Positions 7,387 through 16,598 of a stretch of DNA of 49,678 nucleotides are shown here, one piece after another. The number at the start of each line of letters is the position of its first letter. The first letter of the stretch is position 1. The stretch spans positions 1 through 49,678 of the forward strand of contig DHTA01000001.1 of NCBI GenBank assembly GCA_002408565.1, given 5' to 3'. The stretch comes from Patescibacteria group bacterium UBA5272 (GTDB lineage: Bacteria > Patescibacteriota > Minisyncoccia > Phycocordibacterales > UBA5272). Under the pieces are notes generated by a model, which saw only the letters and a program-made list of their open reading frames with translations, ran no database searches and was not told the DNA's origin. The position numbers and the translations under genes are program-made.

Positions 7387-8805
7387 ATGAAAATCAATAA
7401 AAAATTCATCTTATCACTTTTACTGCCAGCAATGTTTATTTCTATTACAAAACTAGCTAGTGCTGATACATTTCAAGTAACTTTTACAGACCCTAGCGAA
7501 CTATCTTCTTCGGTATCCCTAACTTTACAATATGGTCTAAACAAGAATGCTTATGAAGCTGGTGAAAGTTTATATCCTACTGTGTACGTAAACCCAAAAG
7601 CTGATATACGTTGTGCAAATGGGGCAACACATTCACAAACACTATACATGTATCTTTACAATCTTGAAATTGGAAAACCTGATAAAAATAATTATTTATA
7701 TTTAAAACAAATGAATTCTTCTCCGCTTTTTTATATGGATAGTTCGGGCACTAATTTATATCTAAATGATAAAGTGGTTTTTAACGCCTATAACACTTAC
7801 TCAGTAAATATCACAGAACCTTATACCGGTAAATCCATAGAGAACCTTCAAATAAATAAAATAGAATCTGCGAGAATAGATTCTCAAGGAAATATTCTAG
7901 GGACATTTGATTATGCAGGAGAAGTGTCAGACTATTCTTATTCATCAGGATCACAATATAGAACGGTTAGCGGTACCGCTTATGACGAACTTCTGGTTAC
8001 TGCTTCTGAGGCTTTATCGATTGCTGGTTCTTATTCAAAAGGGTTAGAGGCTGAAACATATATCCCAAAACTAGTAACCGTTAATACGTATCAAAGACCT
8101 ATTTTGACAGGAACTCATGTTTATGGAAACGCAACAATACCGAGTTTGATAGCAATACCACAAAACGCAGAAATTGGAGAATATGTTGCGCAGTTAAAAT
8201 TTAGACCTTCTTATATCTCTTACACACCATCAACAGGTTCTGTTAACACAGGAACTTGGAATATTTCTGCGCCAAAACCTTCTGAACCAACGCCTACCGA
8301 ACCAACACCTACGTATAAAACTTGTCCAGACGGAAGTCGTATTCTTTCTACTCAAACTTGTCCTTCAGTGACTTATAAGACATGTTTAGATGGCACAAGA
8401 ATCCCTTCAACACAAACCTGTTACAAGACTTGTTGGGATGGAAGCAGTATCCCTGAAACTCAAGCCTGTCCCAGAGTTCTAAGAGAATTATGTCCGGATG
8501 GAACAAGTGTCCCTCTTGGGTCGAAGTGTCCAATGTTGTACATGTTTGAAAGCAAAAACAATTTAGTCTTTAATGATGTTTTAGAATTTTTAGGAATTAA
8601 GAAAGCTTCAGCTAGGGCCATTGATGCAGAAATGATAATGATGAATGGCGGCGGGGGTGGCGGTGGAGGCTCTAGTACCTACACTCCTCCACCAGATACT
8701 TGTGGAACATCTTGGTGGTGTAAAATAAGTTTTTACGAAATACCGCTCTCTCAATCATTTGAAATTATTTCCTCCAACACCTCTCCTTCTGTTTTGATAA
8801 ACTAA
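7387..8805 (+). CDS. Secreted hypothetical protein with a PT linker, four Cys-bounded repeats and a poly-Gly run
   Basis: Signal peptide (LSLLLPAMFISITKLASA); PSEPTPTEPTPT linker; repeats C-x-DG-[ST]-x6-7-C; GGGGGGGG. Confidence 0.75.
   Translation: MKINKKFILSLLLPAMFISITKLASADTFQVTFTDPSELSSSVSLTLQYGLNKNAYEAGESLYPTVYVNPKADIRCANGATHSQTLYMYLYNLEIGKPDKNNYLYLKQMNSSPLFYMDSSGTNLYLNDKVVFNAYNTYSVNITEPYTGKSIENLQINKIESARIDSQGNILGTFDYAGEVSDYSYSSGSQYRTVSGTAYDELLVTASEALSIAGSYSKGLEAETYIPKLVTVNTYQRPILTGTHVYGNATIPSLIAIPQNAEIGEYVAQLKFRPSYISYTPSTGSVNTGTWNISAPKPSEPTPTEPTPTYKTCPDGSRILSTQTCPSVTYKTCLDGTRIPSTQTCYKTCWDGSSIPETQACPRVLRELCPDGTSVPLGSKCPMLYMFESKNNLVFNDVLEFLGIKKASARAIDAEMIMMNGGGGGGGGSSTYTPPPDTCGTSWWCKISFYEIPLSQSFEIISSNTSPSVLIN
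8314..8532 (+). repeat. Four degenerate tandem coding repeats (YKTC-x-DG-[ST]-x-[IV]P-x3-4-C)
   Basis: The units are YKTCPDGSRILSTQTC, YKTCLDGTRIPSTQTC, YKTCWDGSSIPETQAC and ELCPDGTSVPLGSKC, read from the translation of 7387..8805. Confidence 0.7.
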
Positions 8806-8814
8806 TAAAAAACA

Positions 8815-8858
8815 AAATAAAAACACTTTTATATTAAAATAAAAGTGTTTTTATTTTT
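8815..8858. terminator. Bidirectional hairpin terminator between convergent genes
   Basis: AAACACTTTTA (8821-8831) pairs with AAAAGTGTTT (8841-8850). An A-run lies on one side and a T-run on the other. Confidence 0.65.
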
Positions 8859-8860
8859 CT

Positions 8861-9634
8861 TTAAATTTTTACATCTAAAAGCAGAGGGCAATGATCCGAC
8901 CCATAAATCTCTCCTAAGATTTTTATTTCTTGTACTTTTTCTTCCAGAGATTGAGAAATAAAAAAATAGTCGATTCTCCAACCAATATTTCTTTCTCTCG
9001 CAAAAGTTTTCATATCCCACCAAGTATATTCTTGTTTTTCAGGGTTTTCTTTTCTCCAGATATCCAAAAAATATTTCTTCCATTCCGCAAGCAATTCTCT
9101 CTCTTCTGGAGTACAACCGACTTGTCCAGCATTTTCTTTTGGACGAGCCAAGTCTATATCAGCTACAGTAGCATTCACGTCACCACAAAAAATAACTGGT
9201 TTTTTTTCTTCTAACTTTCTAACCAAATCTAAAAATCTCCTATAATATTCTAATTTATATTTAAAATGTTCTTCACTTTTATTCCCATTCGGAAAATAAC
9301 CATTTAGTAAATAAAAACTTTCGTATTCAGCAACAATAGTTCTTCCTTCATTATCTAAAAAATCTTCTTCCTTATAACCCATTGTGCCAGAAACTTTTAC
9401 AGGCTGAGTTTTGGTATAAATTGCTACTCCAGAATAACCTTTTCTGTTGTTGGCTGATTCAAAAAAAGAAAAATAACCTTGTTTATCCTTAGTCTCATCT
9501 TGCAATTGATCGATGGTAGACTTTGTCTCTTGAATACAAATTATGTCTGGAGAGTATTTCTGAATCAAATTGTCTAATTCTCCCTTTCTTTCAATAGCGC
9601 GAAGGCCGTTTACATTCCAAGTAATTATTTTCAT
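8861..9634 (-). CDS. xth: Exodeoxyribonuclease III (AP endonuclease)
   Basis: MKIITWNVNGLRA, ICIQETK, NGYFPNG, FCGDVN, GWRIDYFF and SDHCPL are typical of the ExoIII/APE1 family. Confidence 0.95.
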   Translation of the reverse strand: MKIITWNVNGLRAIERKGELDNLIQKYSPDIICIQETKSTIDQLQDETKDKQGYFSFFESANNRKGYSGVAIYTKTQPVKVSGTMGYKEEDFLDNEGRTIVAEYESFYLLNGYFPNGNKSEEHFKYKLEYYRRFLDLVRKLEEKKPVIFCGDVNATVADIDLARPKENAGQVGCTPEERELLAEWKKYFLDIWRKENPEKQEYTWWDMKTFARERNIGWRIDYFFISQSLEEKVQEIKILGEIYGSDHCPLLLDVKI

Positions 9635-9667
9635 AAAAACAGTTTAACATATCAAGACCAAAAGTTA

Positions 9668-10702
9668 TTACTTTTTTCTAGAATGATACTTAGCAAACTG
9701 ATCTTTCAAGAATTTATTGGTAACATTAGTATAAATTTGAGTAGTAGCGATAGAAGAGTGACCAAGCATCATTTGCACAGTCCTTAAATCCGCCCCGTTC
9801 TTCAAAAGATCTGTAGCAAAAGCATGGCGCAAAACATGAGGCGTACATTTTTTAGAAATTCCAGCAAACTCAGCATATTTTTTTATTATTCTCTCTATGC
9901 TTCGAGGGGTAAGGCGTAAATCTTTTCCGTCTTTTATTCTTCCTTTGGCAGTAAAAGACAAATCTACAAACATAGAATCATCCACGTCTACCCTTTCTTT
10001 TAAATATTTTTTTATAGCTTCTCTCGCAAAATCTGAAAAAAAGACTACCCTCACTTTTCCTCCTTTTCCTCTGACAGAAATTTCTCCGTGAGACAAATCT
10101 TCATCTCTGTCTAAAGAACAAAGCTCAGAGACACGAAGTCCGGTAGAAAAAAAAGTTTCCAAAATTGCTTTATCGCGAAGCGCGGATAAATATAAAACCT
10201 TTTCGGCCTCGTCTTTATTTTTAACTTTATTTTTTTCCAAATGAAGCTCTTCTGATTTTAGTTTATAAAAATCTTCTGGAGCATTTAAAAGGTTGATTAA
10301 ATCTTTTTCAGTAATTAAATCCAATTCTCTTTGGGAAGTTTTAGCTAACTCAATTTTTTCAGGATTGTATACTTCCACTTCTTTTCGTCGACAATATTTT
10401 AAAAAAGCACGAAGAGCTATCAAATGATAATTTTGAGTTTTCTTATCTAAAGTTTCTGAAAGTTTATTCTTAGAAGAGTGATTAGCTTTAGAGGGAAGAC
10501 GGTTTAAAAATAATCTATATTCACGCATTACCTTGTCATCAATATCTGTATATTTATTTTCTTTTAAGAATTTAAAAAAACGATCTAAATAATGGGTATA
10601 ATTCCGCACAGTTAAAAGAGAGCGACCTCTCTCTATTTCTACATATTCTAAATAACTATCTTTTAAATTTTCAAGCTCTTTTATCGAAATATTGTGCGAC
10701 AT
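9668..10702 (-). CDS. Tyrosine site-specific recombinase, XerC/XerD family
   Basis: N-terminal SAM-like core-binding region (LTVRNYTHYLDRF) and catalytic region (GLRVSEL ... HVLRHAFATDLLKNGADLRTVQMMLGHSSIATTQIYTNV). Confidence 0.9.
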   Translation of the reverse strand: MSHNISIKELENLKDSYLEYVEIERGRSLLTVRNYTHYLDRFFKFLKENKYTDIDDKVMREYRLFLNRLPSKANHSSKNKLSETLDKKTQNYHLIALRAFLKYCRRKEVEVYNPEKIELAKTSQRELDLITEKDLINLLNAPEDFYKLKSEELHLEKNKVKNKDEAEKVLYLSALRDKAILETFFSTGLRVSELCSLDRDEDLSHGEISVRGKGGKVRVVFFSDFAREAIKKYLKERVDVDDSMFVDLSFTAKGRIKDGKDLRLTPRSIERIIKKYAEFAGISKKCTPHVLRHAFATDLLKNGADLRTVQMMLGHSSIATTQIYTNVTNKFLKDQFAKYHSRKK

Positions 10703-10752
10703 AGCTTAATTTTAACACAATATTTTAAGGGTGTTTTGAGCCTTTTCTGTAC

Positions 10753-10781
10753 TTGCTTTTTTTGAAAAAGTATGATATCAT
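10753..10781 (+). promoter_or_regulatory. Candidate promoter of rpsO
   Basis: TTGCTT (10753-10758), a 17-nt spacer, then an extended -10 TGaTATCAT (10773-10781). Confidence 0.5.
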
Positions 10782-10821
10782 ATAGAAACTTATTTAAGTC
10801 AAGATAATTTTAATATTAAAT

Positions 10822-11088
10822 ATGCTTACAAAAAGAAAAAAGGCGAATGCTTTAAAGGAAACTCAGTTGCATGACAAAGATACTGGCTCTGCTGCTGCTC
10901 AAGCTGCGATTTTAACTCGTCGAATTGAAGAAGTCACAAACCATTTGAAAACTCACAAAAAAGATAACAGTTCTAGAAGAGGTTTAATTCAACTGGTTGC
11001 TGATAGAAGATCTCATTTAAAATATTTAGAGAAAAATCAACCAGAAGTTCATAAGAAAGTTACCAAGAAACTAGGTCTCAGAGCATAA
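10822..11088 (+). CDS. rpsO: 30S ribosomal protein S15
   Basis: DTGSAAAQAAILTRRIEEVTNHLKTHKKDNSSRRGLIQLVADRRSHLKYL matches the S15 signature. Confidence 0.95.
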   Translation: MLTKRKKANALKETQLHDKDTGSAAAQAAILTRRIEEVTNHLKTHKKDNSSRRGLIQLVADRRSHLKYLEKNQPEVHKKVTKKLGLRA

Positions 11089-11121
11089 AAATATCTTCAC
11101 TAAAAGTGAAGATATTTTATA
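11088..11121 (+). terminator. Intrinsic terminator of rpsO
   Basis: AAAATATCTTCAC (11088-11100) pairs with GTGAAGATATTTT (11106-11118), a perfect 13-bp stem with a trailing T-run. Confidence 0.8.
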
Positions 11122-11210
11122 TTGTCTTGTATAATAAGTGGGGAGATTTTTATATTATAGAAAATTAAAAAAATAAATTTTACAAATTATAAATATTCGC
11201 AAGAAAAAAG

Positions 11211-11266
11211 AAAAATGTTTCTGAAAGTCTTTTGCAAAGCATAACCCGACTTAAAGAGACATTTTT
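11211..11266 (+). promoter_or_regulatory. Long hairpin with a U-tract upstream of the NYN gene. It could be an attenuator, a processing site or a second terminator.
   Basis: The 5' arm 11211-11229 pairs with the 3' arm 11248-11266 (11 bp including one U:G, a 2-nt mismatch, then 5 bp). The structure ends in TTTTT. Confidence 0.4.
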
Positions 11267-11289
11267 CGAGATAAAAATAAATAAAATAT

Positions 11290-11847
11290 ATGTCTATTAT
11301 TAAACAAAAAGAGCAAAGAGTAGCAGTTTTAATTGATACTCAAAATCTATATCATAGCGCTAAAAATTTATACAACGCTAAAGTTAATTTTAAAAACGTT
11401 TTAGAGGAAGCTGTAGCTGGGCGACACTTAGTTCGAGCTATTGCTTATGTTATTGCCACCGAAGCTGGAGATGAAGCAGATTTTTTTGACGCTTTAACTA
11501 AAATTGGAATTGAAACTAAAATTAAAGACTTGCAAGTTTTTTATGGAGGAAATAAAAAAGGAGATTGGGATGTCGGTTTAGCGATCGACGCTATTCGTCT
11601 TGCTCCAAAAGTAGATACCGTAGTCCTGGCTACAGGAGATGGAGATTTTGAACCTTTGGTAGAATATTTAAAAAACTCTACTCAAGTAGAAGTCATATCT
11701 TTCGGCCGATCCACTTCTTCTAGGCTTAAAGAAGTCAGCGAAGATTTTATCGATATGAGCGAAAATACAGAAAAATTTATTATTGCTCACAAAAGAGCTA
11801 AACACATTTCTAACAAGAGTTCTGCCAAAAAATATAAAAAGAAATAA
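11290..11847 (+). CDS. NYN-domain (LabA/DUF88-like) protein, a putative RNase
   Basis: RVAVLIDTQNLYHSAK and DTVVLATGDGDFEPLVEYLK show the spacing typical of the NYN/LabA fold. Confidence 0.85.
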   Translation: MSIIKQKEQRVAVLIDTQNLYHSAKNLYNAKVNFKNVLEEAVAGRHLVRAIAYVIATEAGDEADFFDALTKIGIETKIKDLQVFYGGNKKGDWDVGLAIDAIRLAPKVDTVVLATGDGDFEPLVEYLKNSTQVEVISFGRSTSSRLKEVSEDFIDMSENTEKFIIAHKRAKHISNKSSAKKYKKK

Positions 11848-11907
11848 AGGATTACAAAAAAAGAGAAATCTTTTATGATATAATTTTATTGTAAATATTT
11901 CTTTTCT

Positions 11908-12714
11908 ATGGCATACATTCCTACTATACGCACCTTCGAGGACGATGTGAACGATCATCGTGGTTTTGATGAAGCGCCAATTTCTAACGGTATAGAGAAA
12001 ATTAATAAAAAAGATAGCATTCTTGTTCCAGAAAAAAAAGAGGCTAACCTTACTAAAAAAATTCTTACTTTTATTGCTGTTCTTTTCATCGCCGCATCCT
12101 TAGCTTTATTGGGCTATTATTTTTATAATATGTATTTAGAAAGACAAGAAGAAGCTAGACTTATTTCTGAAGCCAACCAAAGACAAGAAGAACAACTCCG
12201 ACAACAAAATATTGAAAATGATTTAGCGAAGATTTTGCCAAAACTTGCTCCAGGTATTGCTCCATACACTCAAAGCATAAGTCAAAGAAACAATATTATT
12301 GTTCTTAACATAAAAACTACTGATCTCAGTGGTATAGATAATTATTCTGCACTTTTTGCCTATATTCTTGCCCACAAAAGAGATTTAAGTAGTGACTTAT
12401 TTCACGCTTTTAAAATTCAAAATCTACCTCCTAGTCTAGAAAATTTTGAAAATACATTTGAAACCTCCATCACCTCTACTTCTTCAAATAAAAACAGTAA
12501 CACCTCAACACTTATCGACCCAAGACCAATGTCTTCTGAAAATGTAGTCTGGGAAAGTAAAACTTTAAACAATCAGGATTTTGAAGCGGCTGACGCCGGC
12601 CTTACTACTATTATTTACGGATATGTTGATAAAAGATATTTAATCATGACCACTTCTTTAAATGATTTTCTAGAAACCGCTAGATCTATACAAACTTCTA
12701 CACAGACTAATTAA
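11908..12714 (+). CDS. Hypothetical single-pass membrane protein
   Basis: 268-aa ORF with one TM helix (ILTFIAVLFIAASLALLGYYFY). I recognise no family. Confidence 0.6.
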   Translation: MAYIPTIRTFEDDVNDHRGFDEAPISNGIEKINKKDSILVPEKKEANLTKKILTFIAVLFIAASLALLGYYFYNMYLERQEEARLISEANQRQEEQLRQQNIENDLAKILPKLAPGIAPYTQSISQRNNIIVLNIKTTDLSGIDNYSALFAYILAHKRDLSSDLFHAFKIQNLPPSLENFENTFETSITSTSSNKNSNTSTLIDPRPMSSENVVWESKTLNNQDFEAADAGLTTIIYGYVDKRYLIMTTSLNDFLETARSIQTSTQTN

Positions 12715-12719
12715 CCCTT

Positions 12720-14282
12720 ATGTCCTTCGCCTCAATTAAATCAAGTTTGGTTATAGGATTAAAAGCATATTTAATAAAAGTGGAATCTGATATTGGGCGA
12801 GGAATAAATTCTTTTTCTTTGATTGGGTTAGGGGATAAGGCTATCGATGAAAGTAAAGATAGAGTTTGTTCGGCCTTAAGAAATGCGGGCTTTACCAATC
12901 CTAAACAAATTAATCAACGCACTACAATTTCTCTAGCTCCAGGCGATTTAAAAAAGGAAGGTACTGGTTTTGATTTACCAATTGCTCTTTCTTATTTAAT
13001 AGCCAGTAAAGAAATTTTGGTAAATGAAAAAGAAATAAATGAATCACTTTTTGTTGGAGAGCTTTCTTTAAAAGGTTATTTAGCAAAACTGAAAGGGGCT
13101 TTAGCTATTGCTGAACTAGCCGAAAATAGCAATTTAAAAAATATTTTCTTGCCAAAAGAAAACGCAGAAGAAGCTGCTTTAATCCAAAACTTAAATGTGT
13201 ATGGAGTAGAAACTTTAGAAGAAGTAGTAAATCATCTTTCCGGTAAAAAAAGATTAGAAAAACAAAAACCAACCGACATAAATTCTTTTATAGAAAAATT
13301 TCAAGGAGAGAAAATTGATATTGATATGCAAGACATTAAAGGACAGGCTGTAGCCAAAAGAGCTTTACTTGTGGCTGCTGCTGGAGGACACAATATCGCT
13401 TTATATGGACCTCCTGGTACAGGGAAAACCATGCTTGCTCGCGCTACCAGATCTTTACTCCCACATTTAAATTATAAAAATATTTTAGAAGTGACAAAGA
13501 TTCATTCTATTGCCGGATCTGGCGATTTAGCAAATACAAATTTAATTTTAGAAGCTCCATTTCGTTCTCCTCATCACACTTCTAGTTATGTTTCTTTGGT
13601 GGGCGGAGGTTCAGTTCCAAAACCTGGAGAAGTTACTCTTGCTCATGGAGGAGTGTTGTTTTTAGATGAATTTCCTGAGTTTGAAAGGAAGAGTATTGAG
13701 GCACTTCGTGAGCCACTGGAAGAAGGACACGTTTCTATTTCTCGGGCAAAAGGGACAGAGAAGTTTCCGGCTAAATTTATTTTAATCGCCGCCATGAATC
13801 CGTGCCCTTGTGGGAACAGAGGAAACAAAGACAAGAAATGCATTTGCACTCCCAATGATATTGCGCGCTACGAAAGAAGATTGTCTGGACCAATTATAGA
13901 TAGAATTGATATGTGGGTAAACGTTTCGAATATTTCTTACGAACAGCTTGGCTCTAAAGAAAGAGATGGGGAAAGCAGTCTAATCTTTAAAGAAAAAATA
14001 TTAAAGGCTAGAGATAGAATGAGATGTCGTTTTGAAACTTACGGTGAAAGAGTAGAGATGAATAGAGATATGAATTCTAAGGATATTTCCATTTTTGCAG
14101 AGCTCGAGCCAGCTATTAAAAATGAACTTGATATTTATGCCACCAAACTTCATCTTTCACCAAGAGCTTATCATCGCATTCTTCGCGTAGCAAGAACTAT
14201 TGCTGATTTAGAAGAAAAAGACAATATAGAATTAGGGCACATTCTTGAAGCTCTTCAATATAGACCTAAAATAAATCAATAA
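12720..14282 (+). CDS. comM: Mg-chelatase-like AAA+ protein, YifB/ComM family
   Basis: N-terminal Lon-protease-like domain (GLGDKAIDESKDRVCSALRNAGF). Walker A is GPPGTGKTM and Walker B is GVLFLDEFPEF. A zinc-ribbon-like CPCGNRGNKDKKCIC is present. Confidence 0.93.
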   Translation: MSFASIKSSLVIGLKAYLIKVESDIGRGINSFSLIGLGDKAIDESKDRVCSALRNAGFTNPKQINQRTTISLAPGDLKKEGTGFDLPIALSYLIASKEILVNEKEINESLFVGELSLKGYLAKLKGALAIAELAENSNLKNIFLPKENAEEAALIQNLNVYGVETLEEVVNHLSGKKRLEKQKPTDINSFIEKFQGEKIDIDMQDIKGQAVAKRALLVAAAGGHNIALYGPPGTGKTMLARATRSLLPHLNYKNILEVTKIHSIAGSGDLANTNLILEAPFRSPHHTSSYVSLVGGGSVPKPGEVTLAHGGVLFLDEFPEFERKSIEALREPLEEGHVSISRAKGTEKFPAKFILIAAMNPCPCGNRGNKDKKCICTPNDIARYERRLSGPIIDRIDMWVNVSNISYEQLGSKERDGESSLIFKEKILKARDRMRCRFETYGERVEMNRDMNSKDISIFAELEPAIKNELDIYATKLHLSPRAYHRILRVARTIADLEEKDNIELGHILEALQYRPKINQ

Positions 14283-14301
14283 AAACTTTTAATTAGTTTA
14301 A

Positions 14302-15354
14302 TTAAAAAGGGTTTGCGGTACCACGAGTTTCAAAGTGAATATGAGGTCCTGTAGAGCGGCCAGTATTTCCAGTAGTACCGATAACTTGTCCTTGTTCAAC
14401 TTTTTGTCCCACGCTAACATTAACCGTATCCATGTGAGAATAAATTGTTTGAGTTTTATTTGGGTGAGAAATAATAATTACTCCACCGTATCCTCCATTA
14501 TACCCTTCAGCTGTTGCCCTCAAAACTGTACCAGCAGCTGCCGCGACCGTAGGGGTTCCTATTCTACAACCGTAGTCTACAGCTGTACCATATGGACCAT
14601 GAAGTCCTTGAGTTTTTACACATCCTGCCACAGGCATCATAAAGTATCCGTTAGTAACATTATTTTTGTAAGCACTTGTAGCTTTTTTGTTGCCAGAAGT
14701 TTTGTTGGTAATTTTTATTTCTGCTTCAGCGTCAGGTATAAAAAGAGTAGCACCTTTAGCTAAATTTGTGTCTATAGCTATACCATTATAAGCGGCGATC
14801 TCTTTGGCGTCCACTTTATATATTTTGGCAATATCTTCAACTGTGCCAGAATTTTTTACAGTATATTGAATACCATTCATAGGGAAAATAAGGATAGTAT
14901 CTCCTGGTTTTATAGTCTTTCCACTTAAATCATTGGCCCAAATAATAGTATTTTTATTAATATTAAAAAGTTTAGCTATAGAATCTAAACTATCTCCAGC
15001 CTTCACTTCATAAATACTGATTGTGTTGTCTATGACTTTTTCTTTTTCAGTAGAAACACGCATAGAACCAGACTGAACTCTTAAAGCAGCTTCTTCTTCT
15101 TTAATTGTAGAAGCATTTGTGTTTGGTGAGTTTTCTTGAGAAGAGGCTAGAGCTAAACTAGGACGGAGAAGGAAAGGAGTAACATCTTCTATAGTCTCTA
15201 TATTGCTAGTATTTTTATTTTTAGAAAAAAGACTCAAAACATTACTAAACATAGATGCGTCTGCTTTGTGGATAAAACCAAAGGTTAAAATAAAAACCGC
15301 CAAAACTATGAATGGAGAATAAAAAGCTTTTCTTATTGAATTATTTTTTTTCAT
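14302..15354 (-). CDS. LysM-repeat peptidoglycan endopeptidase, M23 family
   Basis: Two LysM repeats (YEVKAGDSLDSIAKLF..., YTVKNSGTVEDIAKIY...). M23 core is HMDTVNVSVGQKVEQGQVIGTTGNTGRSTGPHIHFE. I prefer the start at M45 (MKKNNSIRK + TM) over the track start at 15486. Confidence 0.9.
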   Translation of the reverse strand: MKKNNSIRKAFYSPFIVLAVFILTFGFIHKADASMFSNVLSLFSKNKNTSNIETIEDVTPFLLRPSLALASSQENSPNTNASTIKEEEAALRVQSGSMRVSTEKEKVIDNTISIYEVKAGDSLDSIAKLFNINKNTIIWANDLSGKTIKPGDTILIFPMNGIQYTVKNSGTVEDIAKIYKVDAKEIAAYNGIAIDTNLAKGATLFIPDAEAEIKITNKTSGNKKATSAYKNNVTNGYFMMPVAGCVKTQGLHGPYGTAVDYGCRIGTPTVAAAAGTVLRATAEGYNGGYGGVIIISHPNKTQTIYSHMDTVNVSVGQKVEQGQVIGTTGNTGRSTGPHIHFETRGTANPF

Positions 15355-15564
15355 AACATTTGAGCAAGTAAATTCAACCTTTTCTGGAAATTTTAGCTTG
15401 CTCACAATTAGACTAACCCAAAGGATTTGTCTAGCTTTTTTATAGAGACAATTATAACATAATACCAAAAAAATATAAACACCCAAAAAAGATATTCTCT
15501 TATGGTATAATTTTTGTAAGAAAAACTTTTATTTTTTAAACAATCTTAAATAATTAGAAAAAAT

Positions 15565-16560
15565 ATGCACAACGAGAAATTAGACATAAAAAGTCCTTAT
15601 GTTAGAAAAAAAGAAGATGACACAGAAGAGGCTCGCAGACGAATAGCAAAAAGAGCAATGAATTATTCTGTTGAAAAAAGAAACACGCTCTCTTTGTCTG
15701 AAAAGAGCCGTGAAGAAAGTGATAATCTGCTTGAGCAAAAGATTCAAAAAGTAAGTAAAAGAACGGTTGGTGAGGAGATTCGAAAGTTTGCGGAAGTTGC
15801 CAGCACAGAGATCTCGGATGAATTTGAGAGACTAGAAAAATCTCTAGATAAAAAAATAGAAGTTTTAGAAGAAAGTATTCATAACAATCTTCTTTTGCAA
15901 AATGAAAATTTTGTCATTTCCGAGGAAAATTTGGAAGAAAAAGTTAATTTTAAATTATTTGAAATCAATTCTGCTCTAGAACAAATCGAAAACAGAATTA
16001 AAGATTTGGAAGTTTTTTCTTTGGCCGAAAGCAGCCGAACTGAAAAGGTTAGAGAAGAAAGAGAAATAAAAAACCTAAAAGAAAAAGAAGAGGAGGAAGA
16101 GGGCGATTATAGTTTAAATTTGTCGTTTCGGAGTGAAAAATCAGAGGAAGAAGAAAAAGAAAAGATTGAGAAGATAAAAGAAGAAAAGAAAGAAGAGCTG
16201 AAAACAAAAGTTAAAAAACAAGAAGAAATAAAAGAAGACTCTGAGAATGTGTGTGAAAATGATTATGATAAAAAAGAGAGATATGTGAAAGAAAGAATGA
16301 AAAAAGTTATAGAACAATTTGAAAAGAATGGTTTTCTCTTTAAGAAAAATATTTTCCTTATGTTTTTAGAAAAATTAAACGCTAAAGACTTCTTAAAAGA
16401 AGATAAGGAAATCGAAGGGGTGGATTTTAAAGATAAAGAAAGAATGTTGGATATTTTAAACGATTTAATTGATGATTCTAAATCAGAACCGAAAAAAGAT
16501 GAGACTATAAAACACTTTTTAAAAAGAGTTTACAGAAAAGAATACGAAAATAGAGGTTAA
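15565..16560 (+). CDS. Hypothetical E/K-rich coiled-coil protein
   Basis: 331-aa ORF with a highly charged, low-complexity centre (KEKEEEEEGD, SEEEEKEKIEKIKEEKKEE). No recognisable domain. Confidence 0.6.
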   Translation: MHNEKLDIKSPYVRKKEDDTEEARRRIAKRAMNYSVEKRNTLSLSEKSREESDNLLEQKIQKVSKRTVGEEIRKFAEVASTEISDEFERLEKSLDKKIEVLEESIHNNLLLQNENFVISEENLEEKVNFKLFEINSALEQIENRIKDLEVFSLAESSRTEKVREEREIKNLKEKEEEEEGDYSLNLSFRSEKSEEEEKEKIEKIKEEKKEELKTKVKKQEEIKEDSENVCENDYDKKERYVKERMKKVIEQFEKNGFLFKKNIFLMFLEKLNAKDFLKEDKEIEGVDFKDKERMLDILNDLIDDSKSEPKKDETIKHFLKRVYRKEYENRG

Positions 16561-16598
16561 TTTTCTCAAAAGATTTTCTTTGTGTTAGAATATTTTCT

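Noticed and set aside
9668-10702. Tyrosine recombinase as a marker of an integrated mobile element
   Set aside because: It is flanked by housekeeping genes (xth, rpsO), and no tRNA, att-like repeats or cargo genes are present. It is most simply the chromosomal Xer recombinase.
15355-15486. N-terminal extension of the M23 peptidase ORF. Similar extensions occur at 3165-3191 (nusA), 29979-30038, 35154-35219 (dnaA), 40550-40597 (PBP), 40635-40664 (tyrS), 45818-45886 and 48447-48521.
   Set aside because: The extensions use alternative or upstream starts and add junk-like residues before a clear signal peptide or conserved N-terminus. In several cases they overlap the preceding gene or promoter elements. 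Internal ATG starts fit better.
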